In this document: piece by piece, positions 48,589 to 57,384 of the stretch | How positions within the stretch are numbered: position 1 is the stretch's first letter | Layout of the letters: every line of letters starts with the position of its first letter | Assembly: GCA_965223845.1 (NCBI GenBank) | Contig: CBDCXR010000004.1 | Span: forward strand, 512,001 to 576,000 | Source: Planctomycetota bacterium | Lineage (GTDB): Bacteria > Planctomycetota > UBA8108 > SXIK01 | Length of the DNA: 64,000 nucleotides | Direction of reading: 5' to 3' | Made by a program: the position numbers and the translations under genes | The notes under the pieces: model-generated | Told to the model about the DNA's origin: nothing | What the model saw: only the letters and a program-made list of their open reading frames with translations | Database searches by the model: none

Positions 48589-50367
48589 ATGAACGTTCGA
48601 TCTCCCGGTACTCTCAGAGTGCGCGAGTCTCTCGCGCATCGTCGCGAGGTACTGCGTCGCGCGCGGCGCTTTGCGGTCTCTGTCGCACTTGCGGCGCTCG
48701 CGTCGCGCGTGTCCCTCCGAGCCGACGACCTCCTGCCGGATCTCATCGTTCCGGAGAATCCCCTCTTCGGCTACCGGGTGCAGTCGAAGTCGGACGGTAC
48801 GCGCGAGCTCCGCTTCACGACCTCGACCGCGAACATCGGGCGCGGCCCGATTCGCGTCATCGGCCTACTCCCCGTCAACGAGGACGGCACGCAGGCCGTC
48901 GACCAGATCATCGAGAGCGACTCGGGCGCGGCTCGCGCGCATCGTGCCGGGAACTTCGTCTTTCACGAAGACCACGGTCACGTTCACGCCGAGAACTGGG
49001 CGAGCTATCGACTGCGCGCTCGGACCGAATCCGGAGCGCCGGGTGAAGTCGTCGCGGAAGGAGGTAAGACGAGCTTCTGTCTCGTCGACCTCGTCGTCTA
49101 CGACCGCGAGCTGCCGCGGTTCCCGAGCGAAGGCCGGTTTCACAGTTGCAAGTCGCTCGAGCAGGGAATCTCCGTCGGTTGGTCGGACGTCTACCACTGG
49201 TCGCTCGAAGGTCAGAGTCTCGACGTGACAGACGTCGCCGATGGCGAGTACTGGCTCGAGGTGGTCGTCGATCCGGCGGACCAATTCATCGAGGAGGACG
49301 AGACCAACAACTCCGCCCGGATTCTGGTTGTTCTCGGTACTCGGCCGGGTCGCCGCGATGCGTACGAGCCGAACGACTCGCCCGAGCGACTGCTCGAGCG
49401 CACGGTCGGCGGTCCGAACAGTCCGAACCTCGGTCCGGTGGGGCCATCGCTCGTGCTCTCCGATCTCACCATCCATACGGCGGGCAACGAGGACTGGTTC
49501 CGCTTCTATTCCGGCGCGGTCGGCGACGTGTTCTCGTACGTCTCGGCCGTGACCGCGGACACCCGCGGGCGTTTGACGCTCGCGCTGTTCGATTCTTCCG
49601 GCGAGAACCTCGCGGACGCCGGTCGTCCGCGCGTCGATCCGCGCGTGTCGCTCGCCGGATTGCCGGCGGGCTGGTACTTCGTGCAGGTGACGAGTAGCGA
49701 CGCGGGAGGCGTCACGTACGAGTTGACTCTCGAACCGCCGGCAAACGCACCACCGGCAATCGCGGTGACGAGCCCCGTGGGACAGCGGATCGAGCTCCGC
49801 CACGGGCTCGATCAAGTGCCGGTAGCGTGGGAGGCGAGTGATCCGGATGGAGATCCCCTCTGGGTGAGCGTGTTCCTCGCTCGCGACGGTTTCGACGACC
49901 CGCCGCAGCTTCTCGAGACGAGTCGCAACACACCGGCCGAGCACGGTGTCTACACGATCAATTCCGCGGAGGTCGACGCCGGGGAATACCGCGTCTTCTG
50001 CCAGGTGACGGACGGAGGTACGAAGACCGGCGCGTGGGCCGAGACCATTGTGGTGTTCGCCGAGCTCCCCCGGTTTATCCGTGGCGATTGTGACGGTGAC
50101 GGACGCGTCACCGGACGCGTCAGCGACGCCCTCTTTCTCCTCAATTACAACTTCGCGGGCGGGCCGACGCCGCCGTGCTTCGCCGCTTGCGATGCCAACG
50201 GTGACGGGATCGTCGTCGGAAACGTCGTCGACGCGCTCTATCTTCTCAACTACAACTTCTCCGGTGGACCACCGCCCCCGCCGCCCCTCGTCCATTGCGG
50301 CCCGGGCGTTCTCGTGTCCGACGACGCGATCGGATGCGCGGTAGAGACGGAGAGTTGCCCGGAATGA
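48589..50367 (+). CDS. Secreted lysyl oxidase family protein with PPC-like and dockerin-like domains
   Basis: HGHVH Cu site, KTSFCL, QGISVGWSDVY, DAYEPND...EDWF and FIRGDCDGDG motifs. Confidence 0.88.
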   Translation: MNVRSPGTLRVRESLAHRREVLRRARRFAVSVALAALASRVSLRADDLLPDLIVPENPLFGYRVQSKSDGTRELRFTTSTANIGRGPIRVIGLLPVNEDGTQAVDQIIESDSGAARAHRAGNFVFHEDHGHVHAENWASYRLRARTESGAPGEVVAEGGKTSFCLVDLVVYDRELPRFPSEGRFHSCKSLEQGISVGWSDVYHWSLEGQSLDVTDVADGEYWLEVVVDPADQFIEEDETNNSARILVVLGTRPGRRDAYEPNDSPERLLERTVGGPNSPNLGPVGPSLVLSDLTIHTAGNEDWFRFYSGAVGDVFSYVSAVTADTRGRLTLALFDSSGENLADAGRPRVDPRVSLAGLPAGWYFVQVTSSDAGGVTYELTLEPPANAPPAIAVTSPVGQRIELRHGLDQVPVAWEASDPDGDPLWVSVFLARDGFDDPPQLLETSRNTPAEHGVYTINSAEVDAGEYRVFCQVTDGGTKTGAWAETIVVFAELPRFIRGDCDGDGRVTGRVSDALFLLNYNFAGGPTPPCFAACDANGDGIVVGNVVDALYLLNYNFSGGPPPPPPLVHCGPGVLVSDDAIGCAVETESCPE

Positions 50368-52454
50368 ATGCTCGCGATCGAGCGGTGGACGGTCGACGCC
50401 GTCGCGCCGCGACCGCGCTCGAAAGAGGTGTCCGCTCCGCGGCCCTCCTGCACGTCGTCTTCGCGATGTGCGCGTCTCGGCTCGCTTCGGCTCAACCCGA
50501 AGCCTTGCTCGAGCTCGAGTCGCCCGGCGATACGCTCACGGTGAGACTCGGTCTCGACGAGACGGGTCGACCGCGCGGTACCGTCGCGAAGGGGGATTCC
50601 GTCGTCGCCACGTTCCGTCTGGGGCTCGACCTCGCAGGCTCCGGACGCGCCGTCGAAGGACTGCGGCTGGTGCACGCGGAGCGTGCTCAGCGCGACGAGA
50701 GCTACTCGATCCCGGTGGGAAAGACCTCGCGCGCGCGCGATCACCACCGCGCGCTCACGGTGACGTTCGCCGATCGTGAAAGCGGCGGCCATCGCTTCGG
50801 CGTGACACTTCGGGCATACGATGACGGCGTCGCGTTTCGCTATTCGCTCCCGGCGGGCGCGGAGGACTCGTTCGTTCTCCGCGACGAGCTCACCGAATTC
50901 ACATTCCCCGGTGAACCCGTCGCGCGGTACCTACCGCTTCCGAGCTACACGACCTCGTACGAGGCGCGCTACGAGACGCGTGCGCTCTCGGGCGTGTCGG
51001 CGGGCCTGATCGCCCTTCCGCTCCTCCTCGAGCGACCGGAGGCGGGCGGACAGCGGGTGTGGATCGCGCTCACGGAGGCGGAGCTCACCGATTACGCGGG
51101 ACTCTACACCGAGCGACTCGAAGGTACGGACGCGACACTGGTGGCGCGTTTGTCGCCTCTCCCCGGTCGAACCGATGGCGCGAAGGTCATCGGAAAAACG
51201 CCGCACGCATCGCCTTGGCGAGTCCTCATGATCGCGGACGAGCCGAGCCGTCTGCTCGAATCGAATCTCGTGTTCCATCTCAACGAGCCGAGTCGAATCG
51301 ACGATCCGTCCTGGATTCGTCCGGGGAGGACGACGTTTCCGTGGTGGAACGCGTACACGCTCGGTGACGTCCCCTTCGAACCGGGCCTCAACACCGAAAC
51401 GCACAAGCACTACATCGACTTCTGCGCGGAAGAGGGGATCGAGTACCACTCGCTCGACGGCACGGACACTGCTTGGTACGGCGGCCCGATCGTGCCGAAG
51501 GGTGTGACGGACATCACGACGAGCGTGCCGGAGATCGACCTTCCGGAGCTCTTCCGCTACGCGAAGAAGAAGGGGGTTCGCCTGCGCCTGTGGATGCACT
51601 GGCGCGCGCTGAAGCCGCAGATCGATGCCGCGTTCCCTCTCTACGTGTCCTGGGGCGCTGAGGGAGTGATGGTCGACTTCATGGATCGCGACGATCAGGA
51701 GATGGTCGCGTTCTATCACGAGGTGGCGGAGAAGGCGGCCCGGCATCGTCTCACCGTGACGTGGCACGGCTCGTACAAGCCGACGGGGATGGAGCGCACC
51801 TGGCCGAACGTGCTCACGTACGAATCGGCGCTCAACCAGGAGTACAACAAGTGGGATGAACGGGGGACTCCGCCGGAACACAACCTGAGCGTTGCGTTCA
51901 TTCGAATGCTCGCCGGTCCGGTCGATTACCATCAGGGCGCGATGCGGAACGTCCCGCCGGGCGAGTTTTCGCCGGAGTACCGCGCACCATCGGTGCCGGG
52001 AACCCGCGCGCATCAGCTCGCGCTCTACGTCGTTTACCAAAACCATCTACCGATGCTCGTCGACTACCCATCGGCCTACCGCGGGGAAGCGGGCTTCGAC
52101 TTCATCGCGCGGGTGCCGGTGACGTGGGACGAGACTCGCGTCCTTCACGCCGAGATCGGGCGCGCGATCATCGTGGCGCGACGGAGTGGCCGGACTTGGT
52201 TCCTCGGCGGACTGAACGCCGGAGAGCGGACGACCGTCAGGCTCTCGCTCGCGTTTCTCGGTCCGGACGAGTTTGCCGCGACCGTGTACGAGGACGATCC
52301 GCCGGGCGGGCCGCGGGCGCTTCGGGTGCGGCAGGTCGACGTCGAGCCCGCTCGAGAGCTCGCGGTGACGATGGCGCCCGCCGGCGGATTCGCCGGCGTG
52401 GTCCGGCCGCGCGGAGTCGAAGGGGCGGATCCAGGGCCTGCGCCGAGCGAGTAG
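50364..52454 (+). CDS. Glycoside hydrolase family 97
   Basis: RAYDDGVAFRY, SPWR, SWIRPG, YIDF, GVMVDFMDRDDQ, RTWPN, RMLAGPVDY and PVTWDET motifs; start uncertain. Confidence 0.92.
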   Translation: MNARDRAVDGRRRRAATALERGVRSAALLHVVFAMCASRLASAQPEALLELESPGDTLTVRLGLDETGRPRGTVAKGDSVVATFRLGLDLAGSGRAVEGLRLVHAERAQRDESYSIPVGKTSRARDHHRALTVTFADRESGGHRFGVTLRAYDDGVAFRYSLPAGAEDSFVLRDELTEFTFPGEPVARYLPLPSYTTSYEARYETRALSGVSAGLIALPLLLERPEAGGQRVWIALTEAELTDYAGLYTERLEGTDATLVARLSPLPGRTDGAKVIGKTPHASPWRVLMIADEPSRLLESNLVFHLNEPSRIDDPSWIRPGRTTFPWWNAYTLGDVPFEPGLNTETHKHYIDFCAEEGIEYHSLDGTDTAWYGGPIVPKGVTDITTSVPEIDLPELFRYAKKKGVRLRLWMHWRALKPQIDAAFPLYVSWGAEGVMVDFMDRDDQEMVAFYHEVAEKAARHRLTVTWHGSYKPTGMERTWPNVLTYESALNQEYNKWDERGTPPEHNLSVAFIRMLAGPVDYHQGAMRNVPPGEFSPEYRAPSVPGTRAHQLALYVVYQNHLPMLVDYPSAYRGEAGFDFIARVPVTWDETRVLHAEIGRAIIVARRSGRTWFLGGLNAGERTTVRLSLAFLGPDEFAATVYEDDPPGGPRALRVRQVDVEPARELAVTMAPAGGFAGVVRPRGVEGADPGPAPSE

Positions 52455-52507
52455 CGGCGGCGCGGGTCGGGTCGGGTCGGGGGGGGCGTCGAGGGCGGAC
52501 CGACGAC

Positions 52508-52535
52508 TTGACATATCGTATGATCGCGATATATT
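52508..52535 (+). promoter_or_regulatory. Sigma-70-type promoter overlapped by a palindromic operator
   Basis: TTGACA (52508-52513), 16 bp, TATATT; ATATCG-N8-CGATAT at 52513-52532. Confidence 0.75.
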
Positions 52536-52620
52536 GATTGATCAGAGGCGGGGCATCTTCGGGTTCCGACCGGGAAGGCCTCGCCGCGCGTCCCCCGTCA
52601 CCCATCCTTGGGAGGTGCAT

Positions 52621-53175
52621 ATGATTCGGTCGATTCCCGCCCGCGTGCTGGCGACGAAATCGGAGGAGGGTCAAACCGTCGATCTCCTCGACGTCCGCAC
52701 TCCCGTCGAATTTCGTGAAGTACACGCAGCGCCCGCGCGCAACATTCCCCTCGAGAGTCTCGACGCCGACGACGTCCTTCGCGAGCGCAGCTCGGAGTCA
52801 CCCGAACCGATCTACGTCATTTGCCAAACGGGAAGTCGCGCGAAGCAAGCGGCCGCGAAGCTCGAGCGGGCGGGCGCAGAGAGCGTGATCCTCGTCGAAG
52901 GAGGAACGGCTTCGTGGGTGGCGGAGGGCCTCCCGGTAGTACGCGGAAAGAAGGCGATCTCGCTCGAGCGGCAGGTCCGGATCGCGGCCGGCGCTCTCGT
53001 ACTCGCCGGATCACTCCTCGGCTTCTCCGTGGATCGGTGGTTCTTCGCTCTGCCGGCCTTCGTCGGCGCCGGGCTCGTTTTCGCCGGCCTGACCGACACC
53101 TGCGGAATGGGAATGCTCCTTGCGAAAATGCCGTGGAACCGCGTGAAGGGGGAGTGCGGAGCGTGCACCCGCTAG
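52621..53175 (+). CDS. Rhodanese plus DUF2892 membrane protein (YgaP-like)
   Basis: DVRTPVEF, CQTGSR active loop, SLERQVR and TDTCGMG motifs; GGAGG RBS. Confidence 0.92.
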   Translation: MIRSIPARVLATKSEEGQTVDLLDVRTPVEFREVHAAPARNIPLESLDADDVLRERSSESPEPIYVICQTGSRAKQAAAKLERAGAESVILVEGGTASWVAEGLPVVRGKKAISLERQVRIAAGALVLAGSLLGFSVDRWFFALPAFVGAGLVFAGLTDTCGMGMLLAKMPWNRVKGECGACTR

Positions 53176-53993
53176 CCGTTCTCTTCGGGGTCGCCGTCGG
53201 CTTCTCGCTGGGACTCACCGGCGGCGGCGGCTCGATCTTCGCGGTTCCGCTCCTCGTCTACGGGCTCGCCGTCTCGCCGCGCGAGGCCGTCGGGGTTTCG
53301 CTTGGCGCCGTCGGCGCCACGGCCCTCGTGGGTGCGGTCGCGCGGATGCGAACGCGAGAGGTCGAGCTGCGCACCGGACTCCTCTTCGTCGCGGCCGGGA
53401 AGCTCGGCGCGCCCGTCGGGATCCTGATCGGCGGCTACCTGCCGGCTTCGATTCTTCTCGGGCTCTTCGCCGGACTCATGGTCGTCGTCGCGATCCGGAT
53501 GTGGGTCGGTGCGACGAGGGATCCCGCTGCGGCCGGTGAAGTGCGCGCGCTCGGGCGATCGAGCGGAGATCGCTTCGGCCCCGCCTGCCGGCGCGATCCG
53601 ACCGGTAGATTGCGACTGAGCTCGCGGTGCGCGTTCGTGCTCTCGCTCGCCGGAGTCTCGACGGGGATTCTCTCCGGTCTCTTCGGCGTCGGCGGAGGGT
53701 TCGTCGTCGTACCGGCGCTCGTGTTCTTCAGCGGTATGGACGTTCGACGCGCGGTCGCGACCTCGCTGTTCGTGATCGCGCTCGTGAGTCTTTCGGGTCT
53801 CGCCTCGTTCGCCCTTCTCGGTGAGTCCTTCAACGGGGCGCTCGCGCTCGTCTTCGCCGCCGGAGGAGTCGCGGGGCTGCTCATCGGTGCTCTCGTCGCC
53901 CGGGCGCTCTCGGGGCCGGCGCTCCAGAAGACGTTCTCCGTCGCCATCGTGCTCGTCGCGGGCTTCACGGTCACGAAAACGATCATCGAGTAG
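53163..53993 (+). CDS. TauE/SafE sulfite exporter family protein
   Basis: LGLTGGGGSIFAVP, GLFGVGGGFVVVPAL and AVATSL motifs. Confidence 0.92.
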   Translation: MHPLAVLFGVAVGFSLGLTGGGGSIFAVPLLVYGLAVSPREAVGVSLGAVGATALVGAVARMRTREVELRTGLLFVAAGKLGAPVGILIGGYLPASILLGLFAGLMVVVAIRMWVGATRDPAAAGEVRALGRSSGDRFGPACRRDPTGRLRLSSRCAFVLSLAGVSTGILSGLFGVGGGFVVVPALVFFSGMDVRRAVATSLFVIALVSLSGLASFALLGESFNGALALVFAAGGVAGLLIGALVARALSGPALQKTFSVAIVLVAGFTVTKTIIE

Positions 53994-54005
53994 AAAGGAA
54001 TCGCG

Positions 54006-55415
54006 ATGTACTTCTACCAGCGCTTCGTTCCCGGTCTTGCGATCTACTCGTACTTCGTGGCCGACGAACGAACGAAGGAGGCGGCGATCGTCGACCCGAC
54101 CCGCGACGTGGGCGAGTTCCTCTCGCTCGCCCGGCGCGAGGGATTCCACATCCGCCACGTTTTCGAGACTCACGTCCACGCGGACTTCGTGAGTGGGTCG
54201 GCGGAGCTCAAGGCGCGAATCGGCGGCGATGTGACCGTCCACTCCTCCGGGCTCGGAGGGGCCGAATGGACGCCGCCCTACGCGGATCACATCGTCTCGG
54301 ACGGAGACGAGATCGATATGGGCACGGTCCGTCTCCGGGCGATCCACACGCCCGGGCACACACCCGAGCACGTCTCGTGGGCGCTATTCGATCGCGGTCG
54401 AAGCGCGGAGGTACCGTGGCTCGTCTTCACCGGGGACTTTCTCTTCGTCGGCGACGTCGGCCGACCCGATCTCCTCGGCGAGGAGGCGCGACGAGTGCTC
54501 GCCTCGCAGCTTTACGCGAGTGTGTTCGAAACGCTCCCCGCGCTTCCCGATTTCACCGAGATCTTTCCGAGTCACGGTGCGGGATCCCTCTGCGGGAAGG
54601 CGATCGGCTCGCGGAGCTCCTCGACCGTCGGCTACGAGCGCCGGTTCAGCGCCGCGCTCGAGCGGAAGGACGAGAGCGACTGGGTAGCCGACCTTCTCGC
54701 GGGGATGCCCATCGCACCGCCGTACTTCCGCCGCATGAAGAGCGTGAACGCGGTGGGGCCGAAGATCCTTGGGAGCGACCTCCCCGGACAGCGTCGCTTC
54801 TCGGCGCGCGAGGTCCACGAACGCGTCTGCGATCGCTGTCTCATCGTCGACGTGCGCGGCAAAGAGGCGTTCGCTTCCGCCCACATTCCGGGCTCGGTGA
54901 ACATCCCGCTCGGGCCGAATCTCCCGACTTGGGCGGGCTGGGTGCTACCGTGCGAGCGCCCGACGCTCGTCGTCCTCGATGATTCCCGAGACATGCCCGA
55001 GGTGACGACGCATCTGATCCGCGTCGGATTCGACGACGTCGAGGGTTACCTCGAGGACGGGATCGACGGGTGGGAGAACCGGGGCTACGAGATCTCGCAG
55101 CTCGAGAGCCTCTCGGTCGAGGAGCTCGCTCGGCGCCGCGACGGCACGGACGCTCCGTTCGTCCTCGATGTTCGCACTGAGCGCGAGTGGGCCGCGGGCC
55201 ATCTCGACGGCGCGCACCACATCCACGGCGGCCTCCTCGAAGAGCGCTTCGAGGAGGTGCCGAAGGATCGGCCGATCGCCGTCGTCTGCGGAAGCGGCTA
55301 CCGCGGCTCGATCGCGTCGTCGTTCCTCAAGCGCGAGGGGTACGAGCGCGTGGCGAACGTGCTCGGCGGAATGAGCGCCTGGACGTCGGCGGGACTCCCG
55401 GTGGTGGGGACGTAA
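54006..55415 (+). CDS. MBL-fold persulfide dioxygenase-rhodanese fusion (CstB-like)
   Basis: ETHVHADFVSG, TPGHTPEH, GDVGRPDL and HGAGSLCG motifs; C-terminal CGSGYR. Confidence 0.92.
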   Translation: MYFYQRFVPGLAIYSYFVADERTKEAAIVDPTRDVGEFLSLARREGFHIRHVFETHVHADFVSGSAELKARIGGDVTVHSSGLGGAEWTPPYADHIVSDGDEIDMGTVRLRAIHTPGHTPEHVSWALFDRGRSAEVPWLVFTGDFLFVGDVGRPDLLGEEARRVLASQLYASVFETLPALPDFTEIFPSHGAGSLCGKAIGSRSSSTVGYERRFSAALERKDESDWVADLLAGMPIAPPYFRRMKSVNAVGPKILGSDLPGQRRFSAREVHERVCDRCLIVDVRGKEAFASAHIPGSVNIPLGPNLPTWAGWVLPCERPTLVVLDDSRDMPEVTTHLIRVGFDDVEGYLEDGIDGWENRGYEISQLESLSVEELARRRDGTDAPFVLDVRTEREWAAGHLDGAHHIHGGLLEERFEEVPKDRPIAVVCGSGYRGSIASSFLKREGYERVANVLGGMSAWTSAGLPVVGT

Positions 55416-55773
55416 GCCGCGATTTCGAGACATTGTCAACACCTGGAAGGCGCGGGACCAGCGAGGCTTCGCGGCGCAGGCCGAGGCCGCTGGCGACGAG
55501 GATCTCGCAGCTGCGGTCGCCGTAGCGCTTCAGCGATTCCGGAAATCGGAAAGGCCGCTCGACGTCGCCAAGTTCGCGCGAAAGATCGTTCCCGAGCCCA
55601 TGATGGCCGCGGAGCAGTTGTTCGATCAGGCGGAGGCATCCCTCGATCGTGCCGAAGCCGCGCTCGAAGGAATCCGAAAGAAGCCCAACCCGATTGACAA
55701 GATTGCGCGTGGGCAGCGTCAACGAGCTCGAGTCGCGAGAGAGGAGGAGCGAAAAGAATGGCAACCTTCCTGA
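55416..55773 (+). pseudogene. Start-less gene fragment at the left edge of the islet
   Basis: Open frame reading ...DIVNTWKARDQRGFAAQAEAAGDEDLAAAVAVALQRF...EEERKEWQPS*, with no proper start; its end overlaps the next ORF's ATG. Confidence 0.5.
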
Positions 55774-56018
55774 TCTACCGGGAATACCACGACGTACCCG
55801 GCAAGAACTCGAGCGGTATCCACGCCTGCCTCGCGAACGGCGGGGATGAGTCGGAGGCTCGGGCTACGGCTCGGGCCGCCAGCCATCTCGTGAAGGACTT
55901 CTGGGCCGCGGTTCAGGTGTCGTCGGGCGACCTTCCCGCGGAGGTCCCCTCGGTCACGCTCATCGAAGGGGACGTGCTCCACCCCGGGGCACTGACCCGA
56001 GGTGGGTCGAAGGTGTGA
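55758..56018 (+). CDS. Small hypothetical protein (mobile-element-like)
   Basis: GGAGGAG RBS upstream; 86-aa globular-looking product. Confidence 0.65.
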   Translation: MATFLIYREYHDVPGKNSSGIHACLANGGDESEARATARAASHLVKDFWAAVQVSSGDLPAEVPSVTLIEGDVLHPGALTRGGSKV

Positions 56019-56027
56019 CGACCCGGA

Positions 56028-57011
56028 TTACCCCCCGGGCGGTTGTGGCTCGAGGGGTGGTTCTTGTTGGTCAGACACTGTCTCCGCTGGGAGATCGAGC
56101 AGTTCTGTTCCTTTAACGGGCTTCATTCCTTCAGAGAATATTCGATACGGAAGTTCCTGGCCCGCGTCCCCTCGACTTACATGGTAATTAAGGCGTGTGA
56201 CGTATAGGGTCTGACCGGGATAGATGACGTCATCAGCCCTTCCGGAAAACGTGTACAGATGCTTGTCGGCTAATGTCTGGATCGGTGTGAGGCCGGTGGC
56301 TCTTCTCCCGTCGACGCCCGCTGGGACGATGCCCCACGATCGAGGCGGCTTGATCGTCACCTCGAGACATGGAAATCTTGCTAGTCCTTTTCCACAATTC
56401 CGTATCCCAAGGAGGATGTCGGTCCGTTCGACGTCTTGACTGATTAGTTCGAACACGATTTGGAGCTGAGGGCGCGCTCGACGACCGAACATGTCTTCGA
56501 GATCAAAGTGCTCCATGGAGTAGAAGCTCTCGCCGCTGCGTTTGTAGTACTTGTTTTCTCCAAGTTTGGCCATGTGTGGCGGGAAATCACTCACGGGTAC
56601 GAGTGTCACGACGTAGCCATTCTTGCCATCATGCTCACGTATCGTCTTGTGTCTTATTCCGTCAACTCTTGGGCTGGTAGACTCGCCGGTCAATTGTTCA
56701 AGGCGCGACCTGAACTTGTCGGGTGAGAGGACGGGGCATAGGTCGCAGGCTGCGTCGATTCCTCCCGATTTCCGAGCGTCGATTCCCCACACGATCAAGC
56801 CGCCATCGGAATTGGCGAATCCCGACACGGCTTTGGCGAACGATTGTTTGTCGCTCTTGGCCGGACGGTCAGCTCTGGAGATCTTCTTGAAATCCAGATG
56901 TAGATTCTCTTGATGCCGTGACTCAACGAATTCGTGAAGAACCGACAGATCTAATCGTTCGAACTCGAGTTCTAAGCCCTCCGGGGGCGTGGATGGGGCG
57001 CGATCAATCAT
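56028..57011 (-). CDS. AlbA_2 (Schlafen-like) domain protein
   Basis: ENLHLDFK, KAVSGFANSDGGLIVWGI, PPHMA and YYKRSG motifs. Confidence 0.9.
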   Translation of the reverse strand: MIDRAPSTPPEGLELEFERLDLSVLHEFVESRHQENLHLDFKKISRADRPAKSDKQSFAKAVSGFANSDGGLIVWGIDARKSGGIDAACDLCPVLSPDKFRSRLEQLTGESTSPRVDGIRHKTIREHDGKNGYVVTLVPVSDFPPHMAKLGENKYYKRSGESFYSMEHFDLEDMFGRRARPQLQIVFELISQDVERTDILLGIRNCGKGLARFPCLEVTIKPPRSWGIVPAGVDGRRATGLTPIQTLADKHLYTFSGRADDVIYPGQTLYVTRLNYHVSRGDAGQELPYRIFSEGMKPVKGTELLDLPAETVSDQQEPPLEPQPPGG

Positions 57012-57384
57012 TCGAGTTTTTGCGCTATCCGAGCGATCTCGCTCCAGCGGCTGAGGCGCGCGGCGGATGACATCGGTCGCGTCGAATCCATGCCGTGTGA
57101 GGTCGTCCTGCCCGAACGCCGCGCGAACGGCGAGTAGTAGATCGCGCGGTGGGAGACTGGGTCTGCTGTTCTCTTCGGGCGGCTATTGACACCGTCGAAA
57201 GGCGTCAAATCCGAACGACGAACGCGAGTCAAGGAAGGGCTCGGGCGAAACGTCAATGCGACACTTGGTTGAGCGCGATAGCTTACTGACTTCGGCATCA
57301 TGAGACGAATGGCCGACAGAAATGTGCGATCTCTCGTTCGTCGTATCGACCACGGATTGTTTGTCTCGTGCGTTCCGTGGTCGA

